Below are positions 52,398 to 64,000 of a stretch of DNA of 64,000 bases, one piece after another; positions within the stretch are counted from its first letter, which is position 1; each line of letters starts with the position of its first letter. The translations under genes and the position numbers were made by a program. Origin of the DNA: Halocafeteria seosinensis (lineage: Eukaryota); contig LVLI01000202.1 in the NCBI GenBank assembly GCA_001687465.1, positions 248,001-312,000 on the forward strand, in the 5' to 3' direction. Under the pieces are notes generated by a model, which was given only the letters and a program-made list of their open reading frames with translations, did not search any database and was not told where the DNA came from.

Positions 52398-55300
52398 ATG
52401 GCGTCTCGAAAATTCAGAAACCTGTTTAATCGACAGCACCAGCAGCCTCAACACCACAGAGGAGATGGGACTACAACTACAACTACAGCCGTATACAGCG
52501 GTACAACAGAGCAGGAGGCGGTGGTCTCCCGGGAGAATATGGAGGAGGAGGAGGAGCCCCAGGAACCGTATTCCCCTTCGCATACTCTAGGTTTCAACAC
52601 GAAAGAAATGACCCGAGAGGACCTCATCAAAGCGCTGGAGAGCACTTCAGCCGCCCGAGATGATGCCGTCCGTCTGCTTAAGACTGCCTCCGAGGAGAAT
52701 GGAACAGGGACTCTCCTGGCGGACATGAAGGGCGAATTGGACCAATGGAGACAAGAAGCCGGTCACCTGATATGCCAGCAATCCAACGCGCATGATCAAG
52801 AACCTCGACTGACTATGGTGTTGAAGCCGGAAGATCTGCGAACGGTGCAACTACGATTGGATCAATGCCGGGCTTCCATAAGTGACCTCGAGACTCGATT
52901 ATGCAACAATCAGGAAACAATTGATTCGCTCCGAGTAAGTTGATGCTGGTTTATTGTCTCAGCCAAGAACAGTTTTATTTTCACGGTGAAACTGCCAATC
53001 ATTTACTGTTGGGATTGATTTGATACAGAAAACTGTAAATACATTGCAAATCCAAAACTCAGCGCTGAGGGCGGATAATAACTATCTGAGGACTAAAGTT
53101 GTTCGCTCCAGCTCCAGACGTAGTGCCGCTACACGCGAAATGCCAGGAACAATTGGATCTATGCGAAATCGTGCGTCAAGCACGGAACAGTCAGCCCACC
53201 CCAAGCAACAGTATTTTTCTTTGCCTCAATTAGAAAGAGAAAAGGAAAGAAGATCATCAATGGACTCCGCCAGACCCCAATTTGTGCACACGTTAAAGAA
53301 CGAGCTTGGGGAGGATGCAGCACTCCAGCAAGAACGCTCAGCGGAGAACAGCAGTAACGTGGCTACACGGAGATCGTCAACATGTTCGACATCGTCAGAC
53401 ATCGACTCATGCAGTGGGAAAGAAATTGATGTACGAAGTGGTAATGTACCAGCGCAAGCCCAGCTGGACTTGTCGACGTCCCCAATATCCTCGTTCGCGG
53501 AACAGGACACGTACCGCCCGTCGTTCGACGGGAGGGAATCACTTGATTTTTCTCTTGATGAGTGGGCAGAGTTTAGTTCGGCGTCTACTGTGTGCCCCAA
53601 AGAGCAAACCTTTGACGCCGCGGCCAAGACTGCTGAAACGTCGCAAGCTGTTGGCAACGGTGCAGTTTCGGTCTCAGCGGAACCTCAAAAGCTCAGTGTC
53701 AAGCCACCTGCTCCTTCCAAGGGCAATCATCGTCGGGTGCGATCAGACATGGTATATCGTCAACAGTCAGGTGGGTGGAACCTCAGTCTAAATGGAGGAG
53801 TGTGCGATTCTTTAGAGCAGATTGCGGAGGAGGCTAGCTTAGGGCCTGAGGGCTCAGCTAGCAACCCTTCAACAGATATTGAGGGTTCTCCAAGCAAGAG
53901 CAGTGAGTTCCAATTCTCACCGATGGGTCAACGATATCATTCTAGGAAGCACGGCAAGGCTTTGGATCCCATTTTTAGGAACATTCCCCTTTTCAATAGC
54001 TTGGATAGGTAAGTTCGTCCTTTTGAAAGTACCACCAAAGTCTGCAGGGCATTGCACGCGTGTACTTGCAACAGGACCGAGCAAACAATTCTGGCGAATA
54101 GGTTTGAGATGCGACGGTATTCTGATCAAGACTGTGTCCACTGTGCCGACGATCCCGCTGGCAACTTTTTCGTTGTGGTTGAAGGTACGTTATGTTCCTC
54201 GACACATCGTTTTATACTTGTGTACTCATTTTAGGCTCGTTTCAGGCTGCGTAACCGCCCTACCGGGCCTATCTAGGGACACGTTTTCCGAGCAGGACAT
54301 GAGCCAAACTCGACGCTTCACAGAGGGGGACTATTTCCTTGGCGAAGAGATTCAGGATGGTCAGGCCATAGCTAGGGGAGAAAGTTCCTGTTTGCTTCTT
54401 CCGTCTGGTGTATTGACACAGGTTCTTGAGGTATGTACTGCTCTTATAGCCTTGTAGCGACACTTCCACTATCTTCTTAGACTTCGTTCCACAGTGGTTT
54501 GCAAATGCAAGGAGGATGTCTGACATGGTTGAAGAAGCTAATCTGAAGACGAATCCACAGCAACAACAAATGATCAGCAGCATGCAAACAGAGCTTCAAA
54601 ACGCTAGAGAATTCAAGACACTCCAGTCGGTTCTTCGGCGACACAGCTCTACCGCTCGCGCCATTCCCTTAAGCAAGAGCAAGAAAGATGATACTGTCGC
54701 ATTCTATTACCAGCTGCAGCAAGTACGTGTAGTCTCATTTTTGAGTTATATTATTCGGATTTAGCACATGATTTACTTGGGTTGTTTTGTGCTTTGTTCA
54801 GGCCAATACAGATCTCATTCGGGAAGAATCGGTGTTGCTAAATGGGTGCAGTTTCAAGCTAGGGAGTCAAGAGCGCCTAAATTCTTTTTTTGCAGCACTC
54901 AAGGAGACTCTCTCCCAAAAGCTATCTTCTATAGTGAATGTCGAGAACTTTGCTCGCGTAGGTGTGTTTTCGGACGGTGAACAGGTGATTCAGAGTATCC
55001 TTGAGAACCTGACGAACACCGTTATAGTATCTGCATGCCGGACTGAAGCAGGCGGGGCAAGTTATGCACATTGCTTAAAGCTGCTTGGTAATAACCCGCA
55101 TATAAACCTTACAAGTGATTCATCTTCTTCTTCGCCTACGGACATTGTTATCCAAGAAGGGTATATCCAGATACAAAGCGAGAATATGTATCGTTTACTA
55201 TGGTCCCGACATAGGCACGAAGAGACGTTTCCGGCTGAAGATGAAGACGCAACGCCATTGTGTGGCTTGCTGCGTGCAGTTAGTACAGAAACGATAACAA

Positions 55301-55695
55301 TTCATCCTCTCCGTGAAGCAGAAGCTACCCCACACTCCCAGGAGTGTTCCCAAGGGCAGGAAGGGGGCAAGTTATCCAAGCTATTTCTCAGCAGGGGCAA
55401 AAAGAAACGGAACACTCTAATGGCTCCCCGCTCTTCCCACGATATTCCTCTTTCCCGCGAAGGGACATTGGATGGAGATAGCGGCGAGGTTAATGCATTT
55501 TCTAAGAAACCGAAAGGAGGCATATGGACTACTCTTCTGAACCGAAAAGGGCGTTCACGGGATACCAAAGCAAATCAAAATCAAGCAGACCCCGGTGCTT
55601 TGTCGACAATGAATCAGCAAGAAGAAGACTGCCAGCGGTTTGTAGATCGTTATTTTGAGAGATACCTACGCATTCTCTGTAAACCTGTGGAATGA
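52398..55695 (+). CDS. Coiled-coil protein with a divergent cyclic-nucleotide-binding domain and an uncharacterised C-terminal domain
   Basis: Spliced FRNIPLFNSLDRTEQTILANRFEMRRY...DDPAGNFFVVVEG...FTEGDYFLGE, typical of the cNMP fold. Confidence 0.75.
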
Positions 55696-55846
55696 TTGAT
55701 CAGCATTTCATTAAATCATATAGAGAAGACATGGAAGTGAAAATACAATAGAAGCGATACAAGCTAAGATGCGGATACAAGATGAGAACCAGTAACGATA
55801 CAGGATAAGGTTCAGAGGAATGATACAAGAAGAATGATGGTTCTGT

Positions 55847-58161
55847 CTATCGCGTGAACCAGAAGGTGACGGATAACGCTCGTCCTTCAAAATGGTAACC
55901 ATGAATCCCGGTCAAGACCATGATAGCGTCATCCGTGCTTTGCATATGCACTTTAGCGTATTTGTTGCGGTTGTTCACCATGTTCACATGAGATGCAGCT
56001 CCGAAGGGAGAAATCAGGTTTGCTAGATCTTGCTCGGATGTCCCTTCATTGATATTTGCAATTCGCAATACCTGCATCAAAGAACGGAAACGACATGGGT
56101 GTACGGAGATACGTAGAATCGACAAAATACTGAAGGATTTCGTCAACCGAATTAACTCCGGCTGTTTTTTAGCACTCGGTATTGCCGGACAGGGAATATG
56201 AGAAGACTCCCGTGTCAGGGTTGCAAGTGCCAAAAACGATGAAGACAGACATGCAACTTACGGGGTTTGGTGGTGCAAGAAATTGGTATAGCTGGGCATC
56301 CAACGAGAGAAAACGATGGCGGCGGCAGTCCGTGAAGTCCCTGTAAATGGGAGGAATAAAAATATCAACAGGTGGATGTATCAGGTAGTCACTCATGCAT
56401 GCTTCAACGTACTTGGCCAGTGAAGTCGACTCAGTATCACCATCTCTCGGCATCATCACAAATGTGAACTTGCTGGGTTCAACACGTAAGGTGTTCCCGA
56501 AGAGTGGAGCTCCGTTCAAGTATTGCTGGGCGAGCTCCGCTTGCATCGGATGAGCATACTGCTCGAAGAATAAATATGATAATGATACAGTTAGGACCAC
56601 CCTGTTTAATGTTTATATGTGTTGGTTTTAGCTTACCTGAATTAACGCGGAGTTTCGTCTCTTGGCTTGTATCTTAATCCTCAACTGCGCATGCGAAAAA
56701 GACCGTACGAAATAAAATGTACCCTCGACCCAAAGCATCAGTATGATGAATCGGACATAAAAGCTCTAACGTCGAGGCACCTTCACTCTGGCACGAGTAC
56801 AATTAGCGACCCGCGATCATCCATCATTGCAACAGGTCCGGGAGCGGGCCCTACGGTGATGTGCGTCACACCTATTGAGAAGAACACTTACCACGTCCCC
56901 GTAAACACCAAAGAGTATAAACAGGTGGTCAAGCACTCTTTCGTTTCGCCTAAAACCGCTCACCTGCACGACTGATGTTGTTTCGTGCAATGAATGCCCA
57001 TCAGCAACGGCAGTAGAATCCATTGCGGCGTGGGATGTGGGCGAATACCCCATATGTAGCGCTTCGTTGGAAGGAAATGGAAACCCAGCGTTCGGAGACT
57101 GTTGCATGGATTGTTCCGGCATCGAGGGCAAGGTTGGGTCAGTGAAATCGCGGGACTTCTCATTGTTGTACTTTACAGTAATGGATTCCATTCGCGAAAA
57201 TTGTACGCGAAGCGTGTTACAATCGGTATAGATACACTGCCCATCTAGAGAAACTTTGGCCGCCGTTGCCGTTTCTACAGAGTCGAATTCTACTAAAGCA
57301 GAAATATTTTCATTCCTAGAGAAAATGATTATCTTAAGTAGACCCCCGAATCGGCCAAACACCTGCACGAAACACCACATCAAGCTCCGTGATACATGGC
57401 GATGTAGAGAACTAGAAGTGTAATCGTACCTGTTGTAGGACGTCTACATTCACCGGATACATGCAATGTAACACTGTTACTAGAAGAACGCAACTAGGGG
57501 GATTTTCATCCGCTTCCATAGTTCTTCTTTGTGATTCGTCCGGTAACACAACTTCTTTCCTTCTGGAGGGAGCAGCGCGGATCACAGAACCGCGAACGGC
57601 CACTCGGGTCTCGGAAAGATGGTCGATGAAAAACTCCGCACATTGCTCATTAGGAAACTGCACGAAGGCCTGTCGTTTCATTCTGAGCAAGTGGACCTTT
57701 TGCGCTGGCCCAAACGGTTCCGCAAGCAAGCTAATTTCGTGGTAGCTGGAACGTTCGGGTAAATTATACAAGAACACCACCTTGGTCGACTGTTCAGCAG
57801 AGGGCCCCGAGTACTCTGAGATTGATGACACTTCCTGCGAACTCGCCGCCAGTGCATTGGGAGCGCTGTCTGGCGAAGGGCGAGCCGTCGAACTATGTGT
57901 GTGGGCAGCTACCGGGTCTTCTGAGGTTGCCGTCGTCTCTCCCCCTTCATCCTCAGTTTCTCCCCTGTGGCGCCCATTGTTATCTTCGACATCCCCACTT
58001 TCTTGGTACACCTCCAATTGTTTCTTTTCTTCATCAGAGGAAGCGGTCGCTGCGCGTCCTGAATGGCTCATTTTGCCATGGGAGGCGTGTGTATCCGGGC
58101 TGGGAGACGCGGTGTCCTTTTCCTGTCGTTCGGAGTTCGGCGGCATTGTCCTTTCACTCAT
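55847..58161 (-). CDS. Polypyrimidine-tract-binding / hnRNP L-like protein (4 RRMs)
   Basis: VLLVTV...YPVNVDVLQQVF.RFG.LLKIIIF, LDGQCIYTDCNTLRVQFS, VKYNNEKSRDFTDPTLP and LFILFGVYGDV.RIKI. Confidence 0.92.
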
Positions 58162-58499
58162 GGTCAAGGGGCAGGTTCAAATCCTCCCCATCGCTATGAA
58201 ATCCGCAATAGTTCACTATAATGAGGCGTTCACGTCCTCTGTATAGTGCATGCATCCATCCAACAACACTCGAAGATCTCTTCCGTGTCGAACTTCAACT
58301 TGCCAAGTCGACAGAAACATTGACGTCTTGCTCCTTCAACCATCAGCCTGGCATGATGGCATTAGGCAGTGCTGTGGCTACAAGAACTTAGCAGTGAAGA
58401 AAACGAGTTTGTGAGGAAGTTTCTGCAGAGCATTAGGTTGATTCCTCTAATAAGTGATTGTGAAAGAGTTACAAGTACTGGGAAGAGAGAGAGATAGAA

Positions 58500-59163
58500 A
58501 TGGCGGCGATGGCGAGAAGTGGACGCGTGCTCCTTCAGCGAATGAGCAGACTCCGGACATTGAGTGGTGCACAACCTTTAGGAGCTTATCTAAGCCTCTT
58601 CAACAATACAGTGACGCGAGTGGAAACAGAGTGCCTTCGTTCTCATTCGAAGACAACGTCAATTCGGGAGTTTGCTTCCAAACCGGAGGATGAAGAGGAG
58701 GAACAAGAGACGCACGACGATTTCAAGCCCAAGCGAAAACCGGATTTGTCTGACCCTGAAAAAGTTCACGAAATATTGGATTCGGTACGTTGGAATTTGT
58801 ATCCAACTGCTGGGTATTGAATGTAGTTGTGATACCCCTCTCTTCAATGCTCGGATGCAGCTTGTGAAGTCCTATCCAGCTTTCTTGTTTATGAAGGGAA
58901 CACCAGAGCAACCTATGTGTGGCTTCAGTGCCCAAGTAGTTAAGGCTTTACATGACGAAGGCCTTGACTTCCATAGCGTAAACGTCCTGGACCATCCGGA
59001 AATACGAGAAGGTGTTAAGAAATACAGTGACTGGCCGACCATTCCTCAGCTCTATGTTAACGGAGAATTCATTGGAGGCTGTGACATTGTTATCAATTTG
59101 CACCAATCTGGAGAGCTCAAAGAGATACTAGAAGGAATTTCCAATAATAGTAAAGGAGAATAA
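58500..59163 (+). CDS. GRX5: Mitochondrial monothiol glutaredoxin
   Basis: Arg/Ser-rich presequence, FMKGTPEQPMCGFS, WPTIPQLY and GGCD. Intron 58786-58860. Confidence 0.93.
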
Positions 59164-59457
59164 ACTTGCTAGCGCTGTGGTGCTGTACAATTCCTTCTTG
59201 TACTCACCGCATATATGTCTTACGATTCAGGTCTCGCCATGGCAACTGTGGCGTTTCTTTCAATTCACAGAGCTACATCTAGCTCTATAAAGGCAACTCC
59301 TCACTCTCAGGCATGCTGGCGACTACAACAACAAAAGGGTCTTAGGTACTCCTACTATTTTCAGCACCATCTTGCACATAAATGAACCACACTGAAGTGT
59401 CTATTTTCCTTTGGCAGGAAGATTGATGTCATCAGCAGACACTACATACTTGGTATA

Positions 59458-60643
59458 TTACTTTTCATCCCAGAGATCCTTCCAGTGCTGACCCTCAGGA
59501 ATGAAAATGTCTCCTTTCACATAACGAATATGCTCATCTATGTCTCCTATCTTTTTCAGATCTTCATTATCCAACTTGATATTGAGGGACTCGATGTTTT
59601 GTTGGATCCGAGCTGGAGTGACACTCTTCGGAATAACGCACGTTTTCCGCTCGATTCCCCATCGAATCAACACCTGAGCATTGGAACAGTTGTGTTTCTG
59701 AGCGACTTCACTAACGACCTTGTTCTCCATCAAGGGTTTGTGATCCTCTTTCACACAAAAATCCGGACGATCTGGAGACCCAAGAGGAGAGTAGGCAGTT
59801 ACGGCGATTCCATTGTCTTGGCAGAATTTCACCAGTTCTTTCTGCTGCAAATACGGATGGAGTTCCACTTGATTGTTTGCTGGTTTGATTCTGCAATCCT
59901 CCAAAAGATTTTTCAATTTAGGGACGCTCATGTTGCTCGTTCCGATATGTCGCACACGTCCCTTATCCACTTCCTCTTCCAACATTTTCCAAATGGCAGC
60001 ATAGTTCTCCCTGGAGTAGCCCATACAGTCGGACGAAGAAGGAGGCATGCTTGAGTCTTTCTTGAGGAAAAACGGGTAGTGGATCTGGAAGGAAATTATA
60101 ATGATATGAACAGTATATGTTAGATGGTAACTGCTTGAACCAAACTTGCCAAATACATATCCAAGTAGGTCAACCCCGTGTCAGTCAAGGTAGCGTTGAG
60201 CATTTCTTCATAGTGCTCAGGCCAGCAGTGGGTCATCCACAGCTTGCTTGTAATAAACAAATCCTCTCGCTGTACTTCTCCCTTAGCGAACAGGATCGCC
60301 AATGCTTCTCCGACGGCGTGCTCATTTCCGTAGAGACGAGCAAGATCAATGTGCCTGATGTGGACGCCAATTTCAATAGACATTTGCTCAAAAGTCTGAC
60401 AGAGATACTTACCGATACCCTTTCCGAACGGCTGCTACCACTGCCTCCCGAACATCGGAAGGATCGCTCTTCCATGTACTGCACTTCACTCGGAGTCCGT
60501 ATCCTCCGGTTCCGTAGAAGAACGCTCAGCACTTACCCTAGACCGAACATAGGCATCACTGCCCCGGTATGTAGTTCCAGAGCGGGCTGCTCTCCGAATT
60601 CATCGGATCCAGGGCCAGTGATTTTCAGAGTCGTCTCAGTCAT
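59458..60643 (-). CDS. Aldo-keto reductase
   Basis: MPMFGLGTW, GYRHID...YGNE, LFITSKLW, YLDMYLIHYP, IGTSN, NQVELHPYL, AYSPLG and IPKSV. Confidence 0.95.
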
Positions 60644-61214
60644 TGTGTAGATACACGTGCTGCACAATCGCCACAGGATACAGAATACCATGTACGCTTA
60701 CAAACCCCGGCAAGACGCATAAGAAATGAAAACCTCACCTTCAGAAAGATTCCAACACAAAACGTATTCCACGTGGTGTATTGCCTTTGGTATTTCTTGG
60801 GAGGGAAACAAATCGCTGCGTTCAAGTGAAATAAGGGCTGGGGGCCCCCACTGGGGGTCAACGATCCTAGGGTGGAACAATTCAGTCGGCGCCGGCCAGA
60901 CTTCCGAGCCTCTACTGTAGAGGTAGGGACGACGATAGTATTACTAACTTACTGTTTTCGTATGCATGAAGATTTCTATCCTAAGTTGATATTTAGATTC
61001 CACAACGACAGTAAATAAACTTCCGCGCAACGCGCGCCAAGTAGGGCTGCAACTTCAATGTCCCAATGAAACATTCGGCAGGGTAATGAGCAACAGAGCA
61101 AGGTTGAGGAGACAATTGTTACCCAACATGATGTTTTCTTAATTATAATTCGAATGATACTGTTCAATTGATTATAGATAGCCCCACACGCACACACACA
61201 CAGACCGCAAGACA

Positions 61215-62150
61215 ATGGCGAACACAGAATCAACGTCGAGTCAGGGGCGTGGGCGGAGTCAAACGCGTTCTAAGGACAATACTTCAGTGTTGAGGCGTAT
61301 CCACAGTCTTAATCCTAAGGCAGATTCTCGCTTACCGCGCAATGTGAGTCGTCATCCGCTTGTTTCGTGATCTCGTTCAATCAGTTCCATAGAAGCGTCG
61401 TGCAGAGCAAAGGAGGTATTTTAGTGGAACCAAGTGAACTAGAAAAGGCATTTAAGTTCTTTGATACGAACGATAAGGGTCACATCACATTAAAGGATCT
61501 CAAGGTACTGTATCGAGAAAGTGGAGATCACTCTGCCAGTCGTAAATACGTAGCAACATAGCATGTATGTTCGTCGTTGCAGAAACGGTTAAAACCATTT
61601 TACAAAGATATGCCCCACGCTGAATTCGAGTTCCTTATGGGAGGCCGTAAAAGTTTAACCTTGGAGGACTTGCATGATTTACTCGATGATAATGAAATCA
61701 CCGGTTTCGATCCAGTGGAGGAAGCGTTCAAGGTACATGCAGCTTCGGTGACCCAGAGTGCCTCTGTTATTCACTTCTTTGCCCACGCCCTACAGGTTTA
61801 CGATCCAGATGGTACGGGTTACGCAGATATAGAAGTTGTAAAAAATATATTTTTTAAGCTAGGGTTCGAGGACCTAGGGGACGATGACATTGAGACATTG
61901 GTAAGCTTCTTGGGAATATGATACGTAATTCGAACTGTAGCTTGACTGGTCCTTCTTTCAGATAGAGACTGCTGATACTGATGGAGACGGGAAAATTAGC
62001 CTTCAAGACTTTCGGAATATGCTGGGGGCAGACGTTTACTCAAAGCATGCGGAAGAAAGCGAACATTCCGAATCCGATTCTGAAGTTGAGTCTGTATATA
62101 GTGATGCGGGAGAATTCGACGCGGGTGCTGCTGATCAGAGACGAACTTGA
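61215..62150 (+). CDS. EF-hand (calmodulin/centrin-like) protein
   Basis: AFKFFDTNDKGHITLKDL, AFKVYDPDGTGY and DTDGDGKISLQDF. Stop at 62148-62150. Confidence 0.88.
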
Positions 62151-63098
62151 GGAGCACATATTTTGTTCCCGTCGCTTCTCTATCAACCGTACCCGTCTAC
62201 AAGGTGCATTGAATGTTGAGAACAGTGTTAAGGATGCTCTACTATCATGCAAAACCCCTCATGCAAAACTTGAGTCTATGCGAGCCCTACTGCGTGCCGT
62301 CTGGAACGTGCCCTTGAAGGTTGAAAGAAAAGACACCTTTCGAATGCAGAGCTGCATATGGTGACACAGCGCGTATGTTTGCTGGAGCGCGTTTCTCGTA
62401 ATGACCAGGTAACGTAGAATCGCTTGAACGCGTTTGTTATTTCAGCAAAAGTGCCGCAGGCCTCATGCCCATTAATGAATATACAACTTCCGACGGACTT
62501 GGTCGTAAGGGTCAGTTTTTTTCCTATCCCATTTAGTAAATACTTACTGGAGTCTTGTAGCAAGAGAGCTTCTAGATTACTACACCTGAACAACCAGTGA
62601 GTGTTGCAACGGTACTGCAATCGGAGCAGTACACTACAAACTAGAAGGCAAGATGGAATATGTGTCTAGCTAGTGCCGTGCATATAGAGTGGGCAATGAA
62701 GGGAACTCAGTCAAGGAAGCTTGGAAGAAAATTCTGGAAACAAAACCAGGTGTCGGGACGTTTGCTTGACTCTTCTTTGCATATGCCATCTGAGAATCCA
62801 CATTACATCCAGCGAGTTTGATAAACTTCTTTGGTTTCGACTGCGTTGATCCAACTAGCCAAGAGCGAAGCAGGATTATGGACAGTGTTGTGAGACTCAG
62901 CAGCGACTCCAGTCTGTGGTTGAAGTTTGACAAAGCCGGAGCACCAGCGGCAACACTGCTTCATCGTTCCGTTCCGTTAAGCAGAAGAGCTTCGGAGAAT
63001 TTGTGTTATAGTTTTGTTTTTCATTTCGTTTACAGTAGCGCTGTACATATACTATACAGTGACATTATTTGCGGTCTGTACCACTAGTTTCAATCAGA

Positions 63099-64000
63099 AT
63101 GGACCGTGATAAGTTCGGTATTCAGTCCAATGAGGAGCGAGTGCTCCTCGCTCGAGCTCTTGCCGGAAATGGTATGTACTTCCCATAACATGCACTGTAT
63201 TTGACGCTACGTAGAACTCGTATGGACACTAATACCCTCACACGCCATTTGTGAATGCAGAAAAGGAGCTCCGCGATAAGGTAAGAAATTACAAAAAGCC
63301 TGTGGATGCACCCGTTAGGGAGAACCCAAGGGGATCTGAATGTGAAGACCTCTGACTCCCCCCTCACGTGATCCAAGGCACTTCCTGCTCTATCTGCTGC
63401 AATTTGGAACACGGATTCGCATGTTTGTATTCTAATTGATGTTATATTTATCGCAGGCGGTCGAACGAGTGGCTGTTTTACTGCAAGGGATGGATAAAGA
63501 GGGTGAGATGGAATACTTGAAGTTGTGGAAAGCGCTCTTTTATTGTAGGTGGTTGAAGTTGGCAGATTGTGTGTCATTTGCTAGGTTTATAGTGTCCCTT
63601 GAACGTGTTGACGTCATTATTTCAGGCTTTTGGATGTCGGATAAAATGGAAGTGCAACAGCAGCTGGCCACTTTCCTCTCGAAATTGGTAAGAGTTGGGT
63701 TTGTGAAACTCGCGTGCGGGGAGTGGAACTGAATGACTCATACGATACTTTGCAGATACATCGCTGTAAGACGCCTGCACAGTGTGAGCAGTTTGTTAGC
63801 GCGTTTTTCAAAACCATGCAAAAGGAATGGTTAGGGCTGGATAAACACCGGCTTGATAAGTTTCTGATGCTGATCGAATTCTTTGTCAAGGAAATGTTCG
63901 CATACTGCAAGGAGGCGAAGTGGTCACAAGAATCAATTGTTATCGTTGATAAAGTACTTGGTGACCTCGTTCTCTCGAACCAACCAGATGGCATTCGTTT
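63099..64000 (+). CDS. RRP1: rRNA processing protein RRP1/Nop52 (3' partial)
   Basis: LAGNEKELRDKAV, LKLWKALFYCFWMSDK, QQQLA and TMQKEWLGLDKHRLDKFLML. Confidence 0.93.

Noticed and set aside
62150..63090. Minus-strand ORFs 62276-62620 and 62670-62933
   Set aside because: They have non-ATG starts and no motifs, so the region is left unexplained.
63298..63379. TPP riboswitch or SECIS in the RRP1 intron
   Set aside because: The TPP core motifs (CUGAGA, ACCUGAU) are absent, and the element is intronic with no in-frame TGA selenoprotein nearby.

Overview
Compact, intron-rich eukaryotic (protist) genomic DNA read with the standard genetic code (genes end in TAA, TAG and TGA). Most introns are about 60-110 nt and GT-AG, with one clear GC-AG intron. 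A stramenopile-like origin is my inference only. I reconstructed about 27 mostly spliced protein genes by eye. Named genes: VPS4, RPB11, BET3, GCP5, COX20, BMS1, GRX5 and RRP1. Family-level calls: a SPOC-domain RGG/RS protein, a RecQ helicase, PPPDE-PUL, a claudin/PMP22-like protein, two tandem DFR/CCR-like reductases, MUG/TDG glycosylase, a SET methyltransferase with a signal peptide, WD40, a PLOD-type glycosyltransferase, PX, cNMP-binding, PTB/hnRNP-L, aldo-keto reductase and EF-hand proteins. Uncharacterised: a 2231-aa intronless orphan, a 3-repeat PH-like membrane protein and a small two-TM protein. There is also one tRNA-Gln(TTG). About 16.1-20.6 kb is a decayed accessory patch holding a truncated paralog, a frameshifted repeat ORF and a retroelement endonuclease relic. 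I found no clear multi-gene novel system. The best leads are a candidate poison-splicing switch in PTB, a structured long intron after a micro-exon in RRP1, a Zn-finger-like insert in the Vps4 beta domain, a SET protein apparently targeted to the secretory pathway, and an atypical SPOC architecture. All calls come from motif recognition without database searches, and exon boundaries are manual predictions.
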